A stretch of 64,000 nt of DNA from Azolla caroliniana (taxonomy: Eukaryota > Plantae > Polypodiophyta). The translations under genes and the position numbers were made by a program. The notes beneath the pieces are model-generated. The model did no database searches. It had not been told where the DNA came from and worked only from the letters and a program-made list of their open reading frames with translations. The stretch covers positions 13,206,001-13,270,000 of the forward strand of contig JBHGNT010000015.1 in NCBI GenBank assembly GCA_043228905.1, read 5' to 3'. Shown here one piece after another: positions 12,601-24,600 of this stretch; position 1 is the first letter of the stretch, and each line of letters opens with the position of its first letter.

Positions 12601-15600
12601 AGAAGACAACCTTATTCCAGTGAAGCACGTGCACCTGGAGAAGTGCACCGATTGCCTGGCCGGTAAGCAGAACCGAACCTCCTTCCACTCAAGGCCACCG
12701 ACGAGACGTAGCGCACCATTGGAGTTGGTGCACACCGATGTGTGTCAGGTAGAAACGAAGTCACATGGCGGAGCCCAGTACTTCGTAACTTTCATAGATG
12801 ATCATAGCCGAAGACTGTGGACGGCACCGATGAAGACAAAGGACCAAGTGTTGTCCGTCTTCAAAGAACTCCACGCGAGAGTGGAAAGAGAATCCGGCAA
12901 GAAGCTGAAAGCGATACGAGCGGATAACGGAGGGGAATACCGGGGACAGTTCCAGGAGTACTGTCGCTCGAAGGGAATCCGGCTCGAGTTTACTGTGCCG
13001 AAGACGCCGGAACTGAACGGGCTGGCCGAGAGGATGAATCGGACCATAATGGAGAGGGTCCGGAGTATGCTGGCGCATGCGGAATTACCCAAGGGTTTTT
13101 GGGCTGAGGCGATGTCGACGGCGACATACGTGATAAACAGATCACCCTCAGTACCTTTGGGCGGAGACACGCCGCAGAGAGTGTGGACCGGTAGGGAAGT
13201 ATCCTACCGGCATCTGAAGGTGTTCGGGTGTCTCGCATACATGCATGTGGCAAAGGACCGGAGAGGAAAGCTAGATCCAAAGACCCGGCCATGCATATTC
13301 CTCGGTTACGGCGATGACGAGTTCGGCTACCGAGTATGGGACCCGGTCGACAAGAAGATATTCAGGAGTCGAGATATCATCTTCATGGAGGACAAGACAC
13401 TCGCCGACTGGGAGTCGGAGAAGAAGATGAAGAGCTCCAAGTCGACTGGTGAGGATCACCTCTACGAGGAGCAGTCCCGACCGGCAAGGGACCGGTTAGC
13501 ACTCGAGGATCCGGCCGAAGACGGTGAAGAAACCGAACCGACCGAAGAAGATGAAAATGATACCGGAACCGGCCCCGATCCCGAAATGGATTCGGATGAA
13601 GAAGAATCGGAAGAACCGATTACCGAAGCTCCGGAACGGAGATATCCTCTAAGAGAGAGAAGGGCCCCCCGGAGATTTCCGGAACCAGAGCACGTGCTGC
13701 TAACCGACGAGGGGGAGCCGGAGAGCTTTGAAGAAGCAAAACATGACACTCAGAGCCGCAGGTGGTTGAGTGCCATGCAGGACGAGATGGATTCCCTGCA
13801 TGAGAACCACACATATGAACTTGTGGAGTTGCCGAAAGAAAAGCGGGCACTTCGAAACAAGTGGGTGTTCAAGCTGAAACCGGGAGATGCCGGAAACCCC
13901 CCGAGATACAAAGCCAGGATCGTGGTGAAGGGGTTTCAGCAGAAGAAGGGCGTCGACTTCGACGAGATATTTGCCCCGGTAGTGAAGATGACCTCCATCC
14001 GGACGGTGCTGAGCATAGCGGCAAGCATGGACCTCGAGGTAGAACAGATGGACGTGAAGACGGCATTCCTTCACGGTGACCTCGAAGAAGAGATCTACAT
14101 GCAGCAACCGGAAGGATTCGAGAAGAAAGGGAAGGAGCACCTGGTATGCCGGCTGAAGAAGAGCCTTTACGGACTGAAGCAGGCTCCCCGGCAATGGTAC
14201 CGGAAGTTCGACTCCTTCATGACCGACGAAGGGTACCTCAAAACGCAGTCCGACCACTGTGTGTTTGTGAAGAAGTTCGAAGGAGGAGACTTTCTAATAC
14301 TCCTCCTGTACGTGGACGACATGTTGATCGTCGGACGGGACCAGGTCAAGATACGGATGCTGAAGAAGGCTCTTCACCGAACCTTCTCAATGAAGGACCT
14401 GGGTCCGGCGAGGCAAATACTAGGGATGCACATCATCCGGGACCGGAAGAAGAAGCAGTTGTGGCTGTCACAGGAGAAGTACGTGACGAAGGTGCTTCAC
14501 CGGTTCAACATGTCGGAAGCAAGACCGGTCGGATCGACCCTCCCGGCAAACTGCAAGCTGTCCAGCAAGCAAAGTCCCAAGACAAAGGCTGAAAAGGAGG
14601 ATATGATGAAAGTGCCGTATGCCTCAGCCGTCGGGAGCTTGATGTACGCCATGGTGTGTACGAGACCGGACATCGGATATGCAGTAGGAGTGGTGAGCCG
14701 GTACATGAGCAATCCCGGCAAAGAGCATTGGAACGCGGCCAAGTGGATACTCCGATACCTGAAGGGCACGGCGAACGTGTGCCTCCGATTCGGCTCCGGT
14801 AAGCCCGAACTCGACGGCTTCACAGATTCAGATATGTCGGCTGATGCAGATACCAGCCGGTCCACATCAGGGTATGTGATGACGTATGCAGGGGGAGCTG
14901 TTTCCTGGCAGTCGAGGCTGCAGAAGACGGTTGCGTTGTCAACCACGGAGGCGGAGTACATGGCGGCTGTTGAAGCCGGCAAGGAAATAATATGGATGAA
15001 GGACTTCATTAGAGAGCTCGGTATCCAACAGGAGGAGTACCGACTCTACTGCGATAGTCAGAGTGCAATCCACCTTGCGAAGAACGCGGCCTATCACTCC
15101 CGGACGAAGCACATCCAGCGAAGATATCACTGGATCCGGGAAAGGATAGAAGACAAGGAGTTCGTGCTGACGAAGATCCACACGGACGAGAACGGGTCGG
15201 ATATGCTGACCAAGGTGCTCACACCCGACAAGCTGGAAGCATGCCGGAAGAGGATCGGATTGGAGAGACATCCCATGCCGAAGTGAAGGGGGAGTTTGTT
15301 GGGATTTCGGTCCCTTTCGGATGGGATGGTCGGATATCTGGGATGGATGCCGACAAGCCCGGTTTCGGTTTCGGATCCGGATGACGAAGACCCCGGCTTC
15401 GGTACCGGATGACGAATGTACCCGGTGAGCGATCCGGATGCAGGGACATATCCGTGAATATGTTCGCTATGGGCCCCTGAGGCTACAGTTGTAAATAGCC
15501 CAAAGTCATATAAGTATAAATATGACTTAGGGCAAATAGTTTGTGTGTTGCTTCTTATTTTTCTGGTTTTTCACTTTTAGAGGAGTGAAGAGAGAGCAGC

Positions 15601-18600
15601 CGTGAGAGAGATAGAGCGCGAGAGAGGAAGAGGTAGACGCCTCTGTGTATTTCCGCCGCCTGTGGCGAGGACAGCGAGCTCAAGGTCGTCGCCTTGCAGC
15701 TCGTCATTGTATACTTCTCTGTATAGTGTTGGGTTGGAGTCTTGTGCTCCCGTGGTTTTTCCCGTCTGGGTTTTCCACGTTAATTCCTGTGTACTCGCGC
15801 GTTTTTTTTTGTTTCTCCGTGTGGTTCCTATTTTCTACTGCATTGATCCGCGATTACTCGGTTGTGGCCGAGAGAAGAAGGTGAATCGAAGCGTCGATTC
15901 CCAACAGGGTTTTCCGGAGCCTTTCAGGTATCGGAGTATCCACTTGACCGCGGCCAACTGTTCTCCCGGATTGCATATGTATCTTCATCATTTCTGACTT
16001 CTCTGACTTTGTCTTCGGACTCTATCTTCCGGACAGTTTGCAATTTGCCAAAAGTGTCAATCTGATCAGCTTCGCATCCAACATGCTGAAACTTTGAAGC
16101 ACCTTTGTCACATACTTTTCCTTTGACAGCCACAATTGCTTCTTTGTCCGGTCCCGGACTATGTGCATCCCCAATATCTGTCTCGCCGGACCCAGATCTT
16201 TCATTGAGAAGGTCCGGTTCAAGGCCTTCTTCAAATTCCCGATATTGGTTCAGTCTGGTCCGACGATCAGCATGTCGTCCACATACAACAGTAGTATCAG
16301 GAAGTCACCTCCGTCGAACTTCTTCACAAATACGCAGTTGTCGGCCTGCATCTTCTGGTATCCTTAGTTGGTTATGAAGGAGTCGAACTTCCGGTACCAT
16401 TGCCGCGGAGCTTGCTTTAGTCCGTATAAGCTCTTCTGTAACCAACACACGAGGTGCTCCTTCCCTTTCTTGACAAATCCCTCCGGCTGTAGCATGTAGA
16501 TCTCTTCTTCGAGGTCACCGTGCAAGAACGCCGTCTTGACGTCTACCTACTCGACCTCGAGGTCCATGCTTGCCACAATGCTCAACACAGTCCGGATGGA
16601 TGTCATCTTTACTACCGGGGCAACGATCTCATTGAAATCTACTCCTTTCTTCTATTGGAAGCCCTTCACCACAATGCGGGCCTTATACCTTGGTGGATTT
16701 CCGGCATCTCCCGGTTTCAATTTGTACACTCACTTGTTCCGAAGCACTCTTTTTCCTTTCAGCAGCTCCATCAGTTCATATGTGTGGTTCTCATGCAGGG
16801 AATCCATCTCATCCTACATGGAACTTAACCACTTGCGGTTGTGGGTGTCTTTCTTTGCTTCTTCGAAGCTTTCTGGCTCCCCCTCATCGGTTAGTAAAAC
16901 GTGCTCTGCATCCGAAAATCTTCGGGGGGCCTTTCTCTCTCTAAGAGGGTATCTCCGTCCTTGGTTTCTGACCACCGGCTCCTCCGTTTGTTCTTCATCC
17001 GAATCCGATTTGGGGTCTTGTCCGGTTCCGGTGTCCGATTCTTCTTCGGTCAGTTCGGTTCTTTGTCCGAATTTGGCTGGTTCTTCGAGTGTCAATCGGC
17101 TTCCGGCTGGATGGGTTCTTATACCCTTCAACCGATCTTTGTCGGTTGGCCCGGAATCGGCAATGTTCTTGTCTTCCATGAAGACTATGTCTCGACTCCG
17201 GAAGACCTTCTTGTCGACCAAGTCCCACACTCGATAGCCGAACTTATCATCACCGTATCCAAGGAATATGCATGGCCGAGACTTCAAATCCAATTTTTCT
17301 CTCTTGCCCTTTGCTACATGCACGTGAGCGAGACAACCGAATACCTTCAGATGTCGGTAAGACACGTCTTTACCGGTCCATACTCTTTGTGGTGTGTCTC
17401 TATCTAAGGGCGCTGAGGGTGATCTGTTTATCACATACGTTGGTATCATCAGTGCCTCAGCCCAAAACGTCTTGGATAGGTTGGCATGTGCCAACATGCT
17501 TCAGACTCTCTCCATCACAGTCCGTTTCATCCTTTCGGCCAATCCGTTTAGCTCCGGTGTCTTTAGCATGGTAAATTTGAGCCGGATTCCCTTCAATCGG
17601 CAGTACTCCTCGAACTATCCCCGGTATTCGCCTCCTTTGTCCGCTCGAACCGCCTTTAGCTTCCAGCCAATTTCCCTTTCCACCCTCGCATGGAATTCCT
17701 TGAAAATAGATAATACCTAGTCCTTCGTCTTCAGCGGTGAGACCCACAGCTTCCAGTTGTGGTCGTCTATGAACGTCACGAAGTACTTGGATCTAGCATG
17801 TGACTTCGTGTCCACTTGGCATACATCGGTATGCACAAGTTCCGACAGTGCATTCCGTCTCTTGGTGGTCTCGATCGGAAAGAGGTTTGGTTCTGCTTGC
17901 TAGCCAAACAGTTGGTGCATTTCTCCAGCTGCACGTCTTTCACCTCCGGAATGAGGTTATCTTTGACAAGTCTCCGCATTCCCCGCATTGTCGGATGCCA
18001 CATTCACTTCTTCCCGGCATATCCGGGCATCCATCAGGTACAGTGTGTTGATCTTCCAGGCTCGAGCCACGATCAAGCCTCCTTTGCAAAACTTCATGAC
18101 TCCGTTCCAAATGCTACCCGTGTAGCCTTCATCATCCGCTGACCAGTTGATAGCAAGTTTAACCGAACCTCTAGAACATGTTGGACATCCTTCAGCAACA
18201 ACTTGCACCTGGTTGATGTCGTCAAACACACATCTCCTATGCTGACAATTCAGCATGCCCCTTCATTTTCCATCCGGACACAACCGTGATCTACGACTCT
18301 ATAGGATGAGAAGCATTTCCGGTCAGGGGTCAAGTGGAACGACGCTCCGAAGTCGACCACCCATGCCGTCTCGTCGCAGACAATATGTAGCTCGCTCACT
18401 TCGGTGATGAGCAACAGTTCTTCCTCGCTTGTCGCGATTGCCGACGTTCCTTTTCGATCCAATCTTCTCTAATCCGGACCCTTCTTTGAGTCGACATTGT
18501 CGGTTCCTTTCTCCTTCCGGAAGTGTCGGTAATTCTTCTAAAAGTGCCTCCCCCTTGACTTCGACCTCGTCCCCGATTTGTCTTGGTTCTGGGGACTCCG

Positions 18601-21600
18601 ATTCCAGCCTCTTCCCCGGTTATTGTCATCATCCATAACCAAGGCCTTCGGATCGGTTCCAAACTCCCGGTCCTTCCGGCGAGCTTCTTCGTCCAGCAAG
18701 CTTGATTTTACCCTTGTTAGGGATAGGTGTTTCCCTTCCGGCCCGGTATTGCCCAAGTCACAACTAGCGTCTCCCAAATATCCGGGAGGGAACCGAGCAA
18801 CAACAATGCAAGTACCTCATCGGCTAGAGGTACTTCCAACGAGGTTGTTTGGTTTATGAAGCCTTGGAAGGCATTCATGTGCTCAGCCATACTGGATTCG
18901 TCTTGGTATTGGAGTCTCACTAACTTCCAGAATACTAAGACCCGATTCACAGCATTTTTGCTCTCTAGCATGATACTTCTCCCAAAGCACATGAGCCTTA
19001 CTTTCTTCGTTGAAGTTGTTGTACAGGCTCATATCGATGAAGCACCGAATGTAAGCCGTCGTCTTTATGTGCATCACCTCCCAGGTGGCGGTGTCGGTCT
19101 TGTCCGGTCTTTTGTCTCTAAACTATACCGGCAACCAGAGATCTTTAATTGCCAACATGTCCATCATCTTCGACTTCCACATTGGGTAGTAGGAGCCGGT
19201 GAGCTTGAACATGCCGCCGAATGGATCTTCCATGCTCTGATACCAAATTATGCGAAATAGCACTCGGCCACAACCGAGTCTCAATAAAAACAAAAGAATT
19301 GAAATAAAGATTAATGCACTTACACAAAATGAGACGACACATTATGTTTACGTGGAAAACCTCAAGAGGTAAAACCACGGGAGTTCGCAGACTTCGAACA
19401 AGATGACTATAGGGCAGAGGTACTACAAAGTGAGACTCAGAGGCAACAACCCCGAGCTCTGTCTTCACCAACCGGCGGTTATAACAGAACTTCATCACAT
19501 TAGCTACATATTGAGGTAGGCAAATATACACGACTACCTCTAGAAGAGAGAATTTACCAATTGTGTCATCGAGTGGAATCTGAGGAACACTATGTTTGTC
19601 ATTGTCGTGTCTTTTATGAAATCAGAGAGAGATACCATTGCCTCTTTAAACAAGGCTTTGGCCTACTATACAAGGTAATGGAATATGAGGACCAACGATG
19701 GCTAGGACTTTTCTTGCTAGGCTCAAGAGACATCGGGAAAAGTTGTTGAAGAATACAACCACACAAGCTCATCCACAAAGAACAATCACAACTTTCTTTA
19801 GCCCCATCACTCCTACTAATCCTACAAGTCCATCAGGGGATACACAAATGGGCTCCAAACCAGGACATAACACGTGCACGTAGACCCCGGCCACATGGAC
19901 CACGACCTCGACACCCTTGTCATCGATAGATAAAAGCCATTATCTCCCGCCATCGTAGGTGCTTCCCTCACTTCGGAGACATGAAACCTATTTACAAGTC
20001 TGTCCCTGCTTCCGGTTTACACCGGATCCATCCGGTCTGGTTTCCGGATATCTTCCGGATCCCATCTGGAGAGACCGGTTTCCCAACACTTACTAATAGA
20101 AGAAATGCTCTCAATTCAAATTTACGAATAAAAATAGGAGCCTCAAGTATCCATGTGTTTTGGTCCTTAGTGAGACAACCCACTGTTCAGATGTGTCCAT
20201 AAGTTATTTGCATATCGTCAATGCATTAACAATCTTTTTGCGATTAGTTAGAAGGCAGATAAGAACAGTAATAAACATGCATTTGATCAGTTACTTTTAG
20301 TTTGGTATTAGCATCCACACCTACTGTTTTGCTAAAGCATGGCGAATCTGTGTATGCGTTGCATGAATCCTCAAGAAACATAAGAAAGAAAAAAGCAATA
20401 TATGTAAATCAAGATTTAAAAGACAAGATACCCAATAAAGAAATAATCAAGAAACGTAAGAAAGAAGAAAGCAATATATGTAAATCAAGTTTAGAGAGAC
20501 AAGATATCAAATAGGAAGTTTGATCGTAGTAAAAAATGTATGATTACAATACTTAAAGCTTTGATAGCCTTCAATGAAAAACTTAAGAGATAAATGGGGT
20601 CACCAGTGTTGTATTACTCACAGCCAAGTCCTGCCGCTGCTTCTGGAATAAATGACGCAAAATACAAATCTGTTAATGTTGCAAATTGTAGCATGCTAGA
20701 TCCAAGAATTGCCGGAAAAAGCACCGTTGCAATCTGCATATTAGAAAACACAAGCATGTGTATATTATGAAACAAAAATAATTAAATGTTAGGTGATGTA
20801 ACCAACAAGCCCCAGAAATAAAGACATGCATTTCAGAATTAGGTTGTCTGCACACAAGATTAGCACACGTGCTACTAAAATATGATATTAATAAGAGAAG
20901 TCCATTATAATCAAGATTTTTTTTCTTCCACAAAACACCATGGGAACCCTAAAAAGAGTAACAGGAATATATTGACCAGATAATGGCTTAAATCGCATAC
21001 ACAATTGGACTTGACCAAGGGCATTTGAGAGAATAAAATATGAGCTAAGGGGTATTTTAGAGTTTTCACCTGTAAATATAAACTTGAAAGACAAATTATA
21101 CGCAAGGCCTTCCAAGCTGCAGATAAGTGAGACTACTCTGACAAACCCAATCTAAAAGAACTTGCATTCAGTAAATAGCCATATGGCATGCACCTATCAA
21201 TCTTGGCATCACTCTCTATGCAAATAAGGTGTCATTGGAATTTTATTCAAGGACCCTTCATAAAAGGAGTTACTTAGTACAATGTATTCAGCACCTAATA
21301 CCTAGGCATCAAGGAATGGTTATAGACAGGCAGCATTTCAAGGTAAGAAGATAGCCTTATCCAATAGAAAACAAACAAGACAAAAATCCAGCTCAATTGA
21401 CCTAATTGAAGGAAGGCCTCTCCTAAAAAACTGCCTATGATAACAGAACTCCGTTGGGATCTACATACACTAACTATACTTGTGAAGAATGTTTCAGAAA
21501 TTCCCATTCTCCAGACGGCCTTTCCATAATCCCATTTAGCTATTACAACACGAAATTGCTTCTGTAAATACTTAAACTACAGATCAGTTTGAGGAAGATG

Positions 21601-24600
21601 GAGGACCTGCCAGTATGGGTTTTACTTAAGAGCAGGAATGGCAGAGTGGTTTTTGAGTCAATGCACCATTATTCAAGGTAATATGCAATGCAGTTTATCA
21701 TCATGGTCAAGGCTAGATATGTGGTTTTTGAAGAATAAGGTTCCATAAATTGGAAGCACCGGATAGAATTGCTTGATAAGGAAATGCACTTCTTGAAAAT
21801 ATCTTTAAGATATATGTTTTGCTCTCATAGCTCATTTTGGCCTTTACTAGACGTTTGTACATAGTTCTTTCTTTTCATGAAGGATAAGAGGAGTGATGCA
21901 ACAAATGCGAGCACAACCAAAAGAATGGGGTCAGTGGATGCGGAAAGCCACAGAGGAAGGGAATGATATAATGGAAGAAATGCAGGTGCAGCCAAATTAA
22001 CATAACGGAGTGAAAAGAAAGATATATAAACGTTTTTTACGAAGGCAAAATGGTCTATAACACTAAACAAGCAAAATTACATCTTCAAATGTTGTATCAT
22101 CTTTGAGAAGAACTTAAAAATATACAGTACTAAAGAATCTAGTTATCTAAGAACCTACAATTCTGAACTTCCGCCTTCAAAAAATCTACAATGTGGGCCT
22201 CTCCAAGGCCAGTGAAGCACCCTCATTGCTGGATAGGTCCAGACTGTTGAACAGAAGCAGAAGCATGAGAACAAAAAACATAGAAAAGGAAGGTCACAGC
22301 AAAGAGGTCGGACACGACAATCACCAATGTAGCCCTCTCCAAGTTCAGGGAAGCATCCTCATTCCAGAGTGAATCCAGATTGTTCAACAAAAGCAGATGC
22401 CTGAGAGAGAGGAACATAGAAAATGAAGGTCACAGCAAAGAGATCGGACAGGACAATCACACATGATCAGGTGTGGAATTGAAACTAAAAGTATAAGCTT
22501 GCTTGGTTTTGAAATTGTTTTCATGAAGTAGATAGATATCTTATGAACACTGAGATTTTCATTACATTCTTGATTGAGTTTCAGAAGCGCTAACCTCATA
22601 GATATCCTTGTCTGTAAATGGATTGACTGGATGAAATTGCAAAAAAGGAAAACCCAAAGCATAATGTGCCCTGACCTGTAGTGTAAAAGGGCTCTTTAGG
22701 CAGAGTTTTTAATATCAGAGAACCTCAGATCTTCTAAGCATGTCAAGTACAAAGGCACCTGTGGATGAGAAATACAAGGTAATATTAAGCTTCATCTAGA
22801 CACGCTGATAAAAACTGAAGTACCTGCCAAAGTAATTGACAAAATGCCCCAATCGATACTCCTAATGCAAGAGAGATAGCTCCTACAGAAAATAGCATGT
22901 CAATTTTGTTCAGACTCCAAATATCTAAAGTAAGAGAATCATTGAGATAAAGTGTCGAAAACTCGCCTGTAATAGGATTTCCTAAGGAATGGTTATAAAT
23001 ACCAAGAAAAGCTATGTACACAATAACCTTCACCATAGAAACAAAGATATAATGAGACCAAAATAATAAACAAATTTGATATACACGAAAAAAACACAGT
23101 TAGAAAATAAAATTTATCATGCATCAGTATATATTTTCAAAGCATACTTAGGCACATTCTTATAGTTTCCCTTAATGTTATCATATAATAGACAATATGT
23201 CTAGTTATAATATCTTGTTGAGTCTCATATACCAATTTGGTCTGCTAGGGAAATATATACATCTTCCATGTCTATTTTTGCCTTTGAACATGACCACACT
23301 GGAAAAGAATATAGTAACCTGAACTAATATTATTCAATTGGATATTGGAAGAAAACAGATCAGCCCTACATCTCTGGATAGGAAGATGACCCACTATATG
23401 CCACACTTTTTACACACGTTGAAGGTTGGATTCATCACCACATCCTCTTAAATGGACATACATCTATCGCATGCGTTGGGCAATGTCATATGGCAGCTAC
23501 CGACCCCTTCAGATTAATTAAGAGATTGACGTCGGCTGATATGCATGCACACCTCTAGAAGAAAGAATCTGCCAATTGTGTTGTCAAGGAGTGGAATCTG
23601 AAGAACTCTATGTTTGCCATGTACTTTTTTTATGAAATAAGAGGGATATGCCATTGCTCTTTAACCAAGACCTTGGCTCACTATGCAAGGTATTGGCATA
23701 TGAGGACCAACAGTGCTTGGGGTTCTTGCTAGTAGTCAAGGGACACAAGGAGAAGTTGTTAAAGGACAACAATACAACCATACAAGGGCATGAACAAAGA
23801 ACAATCATAACTTTCTTTAGCCCCACCATTCTTAGTTTACAAGCCAATCAAGGGCTAAATAAGTGGGCTTTCAACTAGGACACTGCAAAGGGTCAATATC
23901 AATTTCGTGTGCCATGTCGACAGATATAAGCCATAATCTCCTGCCCTCGTAAGTGATTCTCTCGCTTCAGAGATCTCTTCATTCTAGATCAACCCATGTT
24001 GCACATCTTTCGAAGACTAAAATCTATCTGACTTGAGAATCTTGCATGTATAGATAACAGGATTCTTTAGCCATATTTATTTTTATTTACTTTTTTAGTT
24101 AGTTACATTTATTTCTGTTTCTTGTTCTCAAAGAAGAGAAAACATTTTAAGATGTAATCTCTTTGTTGGTCTTATACGACATTTTGACCTCTTAAAGACG
24201 TCAATATGTCCTTATTTCATTTTGTTCAATGCTACCATCCTTTTCACATAAATAATCATGTCTGGTACTATAAAGCTATCGACAATTATTGGCGAAAACA
24301 TTATAACCTGAATTATGGAGAAGAGTATATATACCACAACAATTATGGACAGGCTGGAGAGGCTTGGACTTAAGGCCAACACTTCATAAACGCCAGCAGC
24401 ACTATCATGAAAGCAACGAGACATTTAAGTATGTAATGTTTTGATAGCTAAGATGAATTAGTAAATATGTAAGGACACAAACCAACAATCTGAATATTTT
24501 AAGGAAAAAATCAAAGAGAAATTACCACAAAATATCTCCACAAATAGATGATGGAACATGAAGGATCACAAAAAACAACAAAACAAATATGGCAGTGCTC

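Larger units (their letters stand above)
10574..15906 (+). mobile_element. Intact, young Ty1/copia LTR retrotransposon (Tork/Tnt1-like)
   Basis: 610-bp LTRs at 10574-11183 and 15297-15906 (TG..CA, about 2 substitutions); TSD GGGTT at 10569-10573 and 15907-15911; iMet PBS 11187-11198; PPT 15285-15294; single uninterrupted ORF. Confidence 0.97.
9590..20087 (-). mobile_element. Older degenerate Tork/Tto1-like copia, host of the 10574 insertion; disrupted LTRs at about 9590-10085 and about 19250-20087, PBS 19233-19244
   Basis: Frameshifted gag-pol on the minus strand at 10090-10573 and 15907-19223; shared LTR end ATGAAACCTATTTAC...CCCAACA; PPT near 10087-10096. Confidence 0.88.

Noticed and set aside
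11266-15449. Many overlapping antisense and alternate-frame ORFs within the copia elements
   Set aside because: Shadow ORFs of GC-rich gag-pol with no independent motifs
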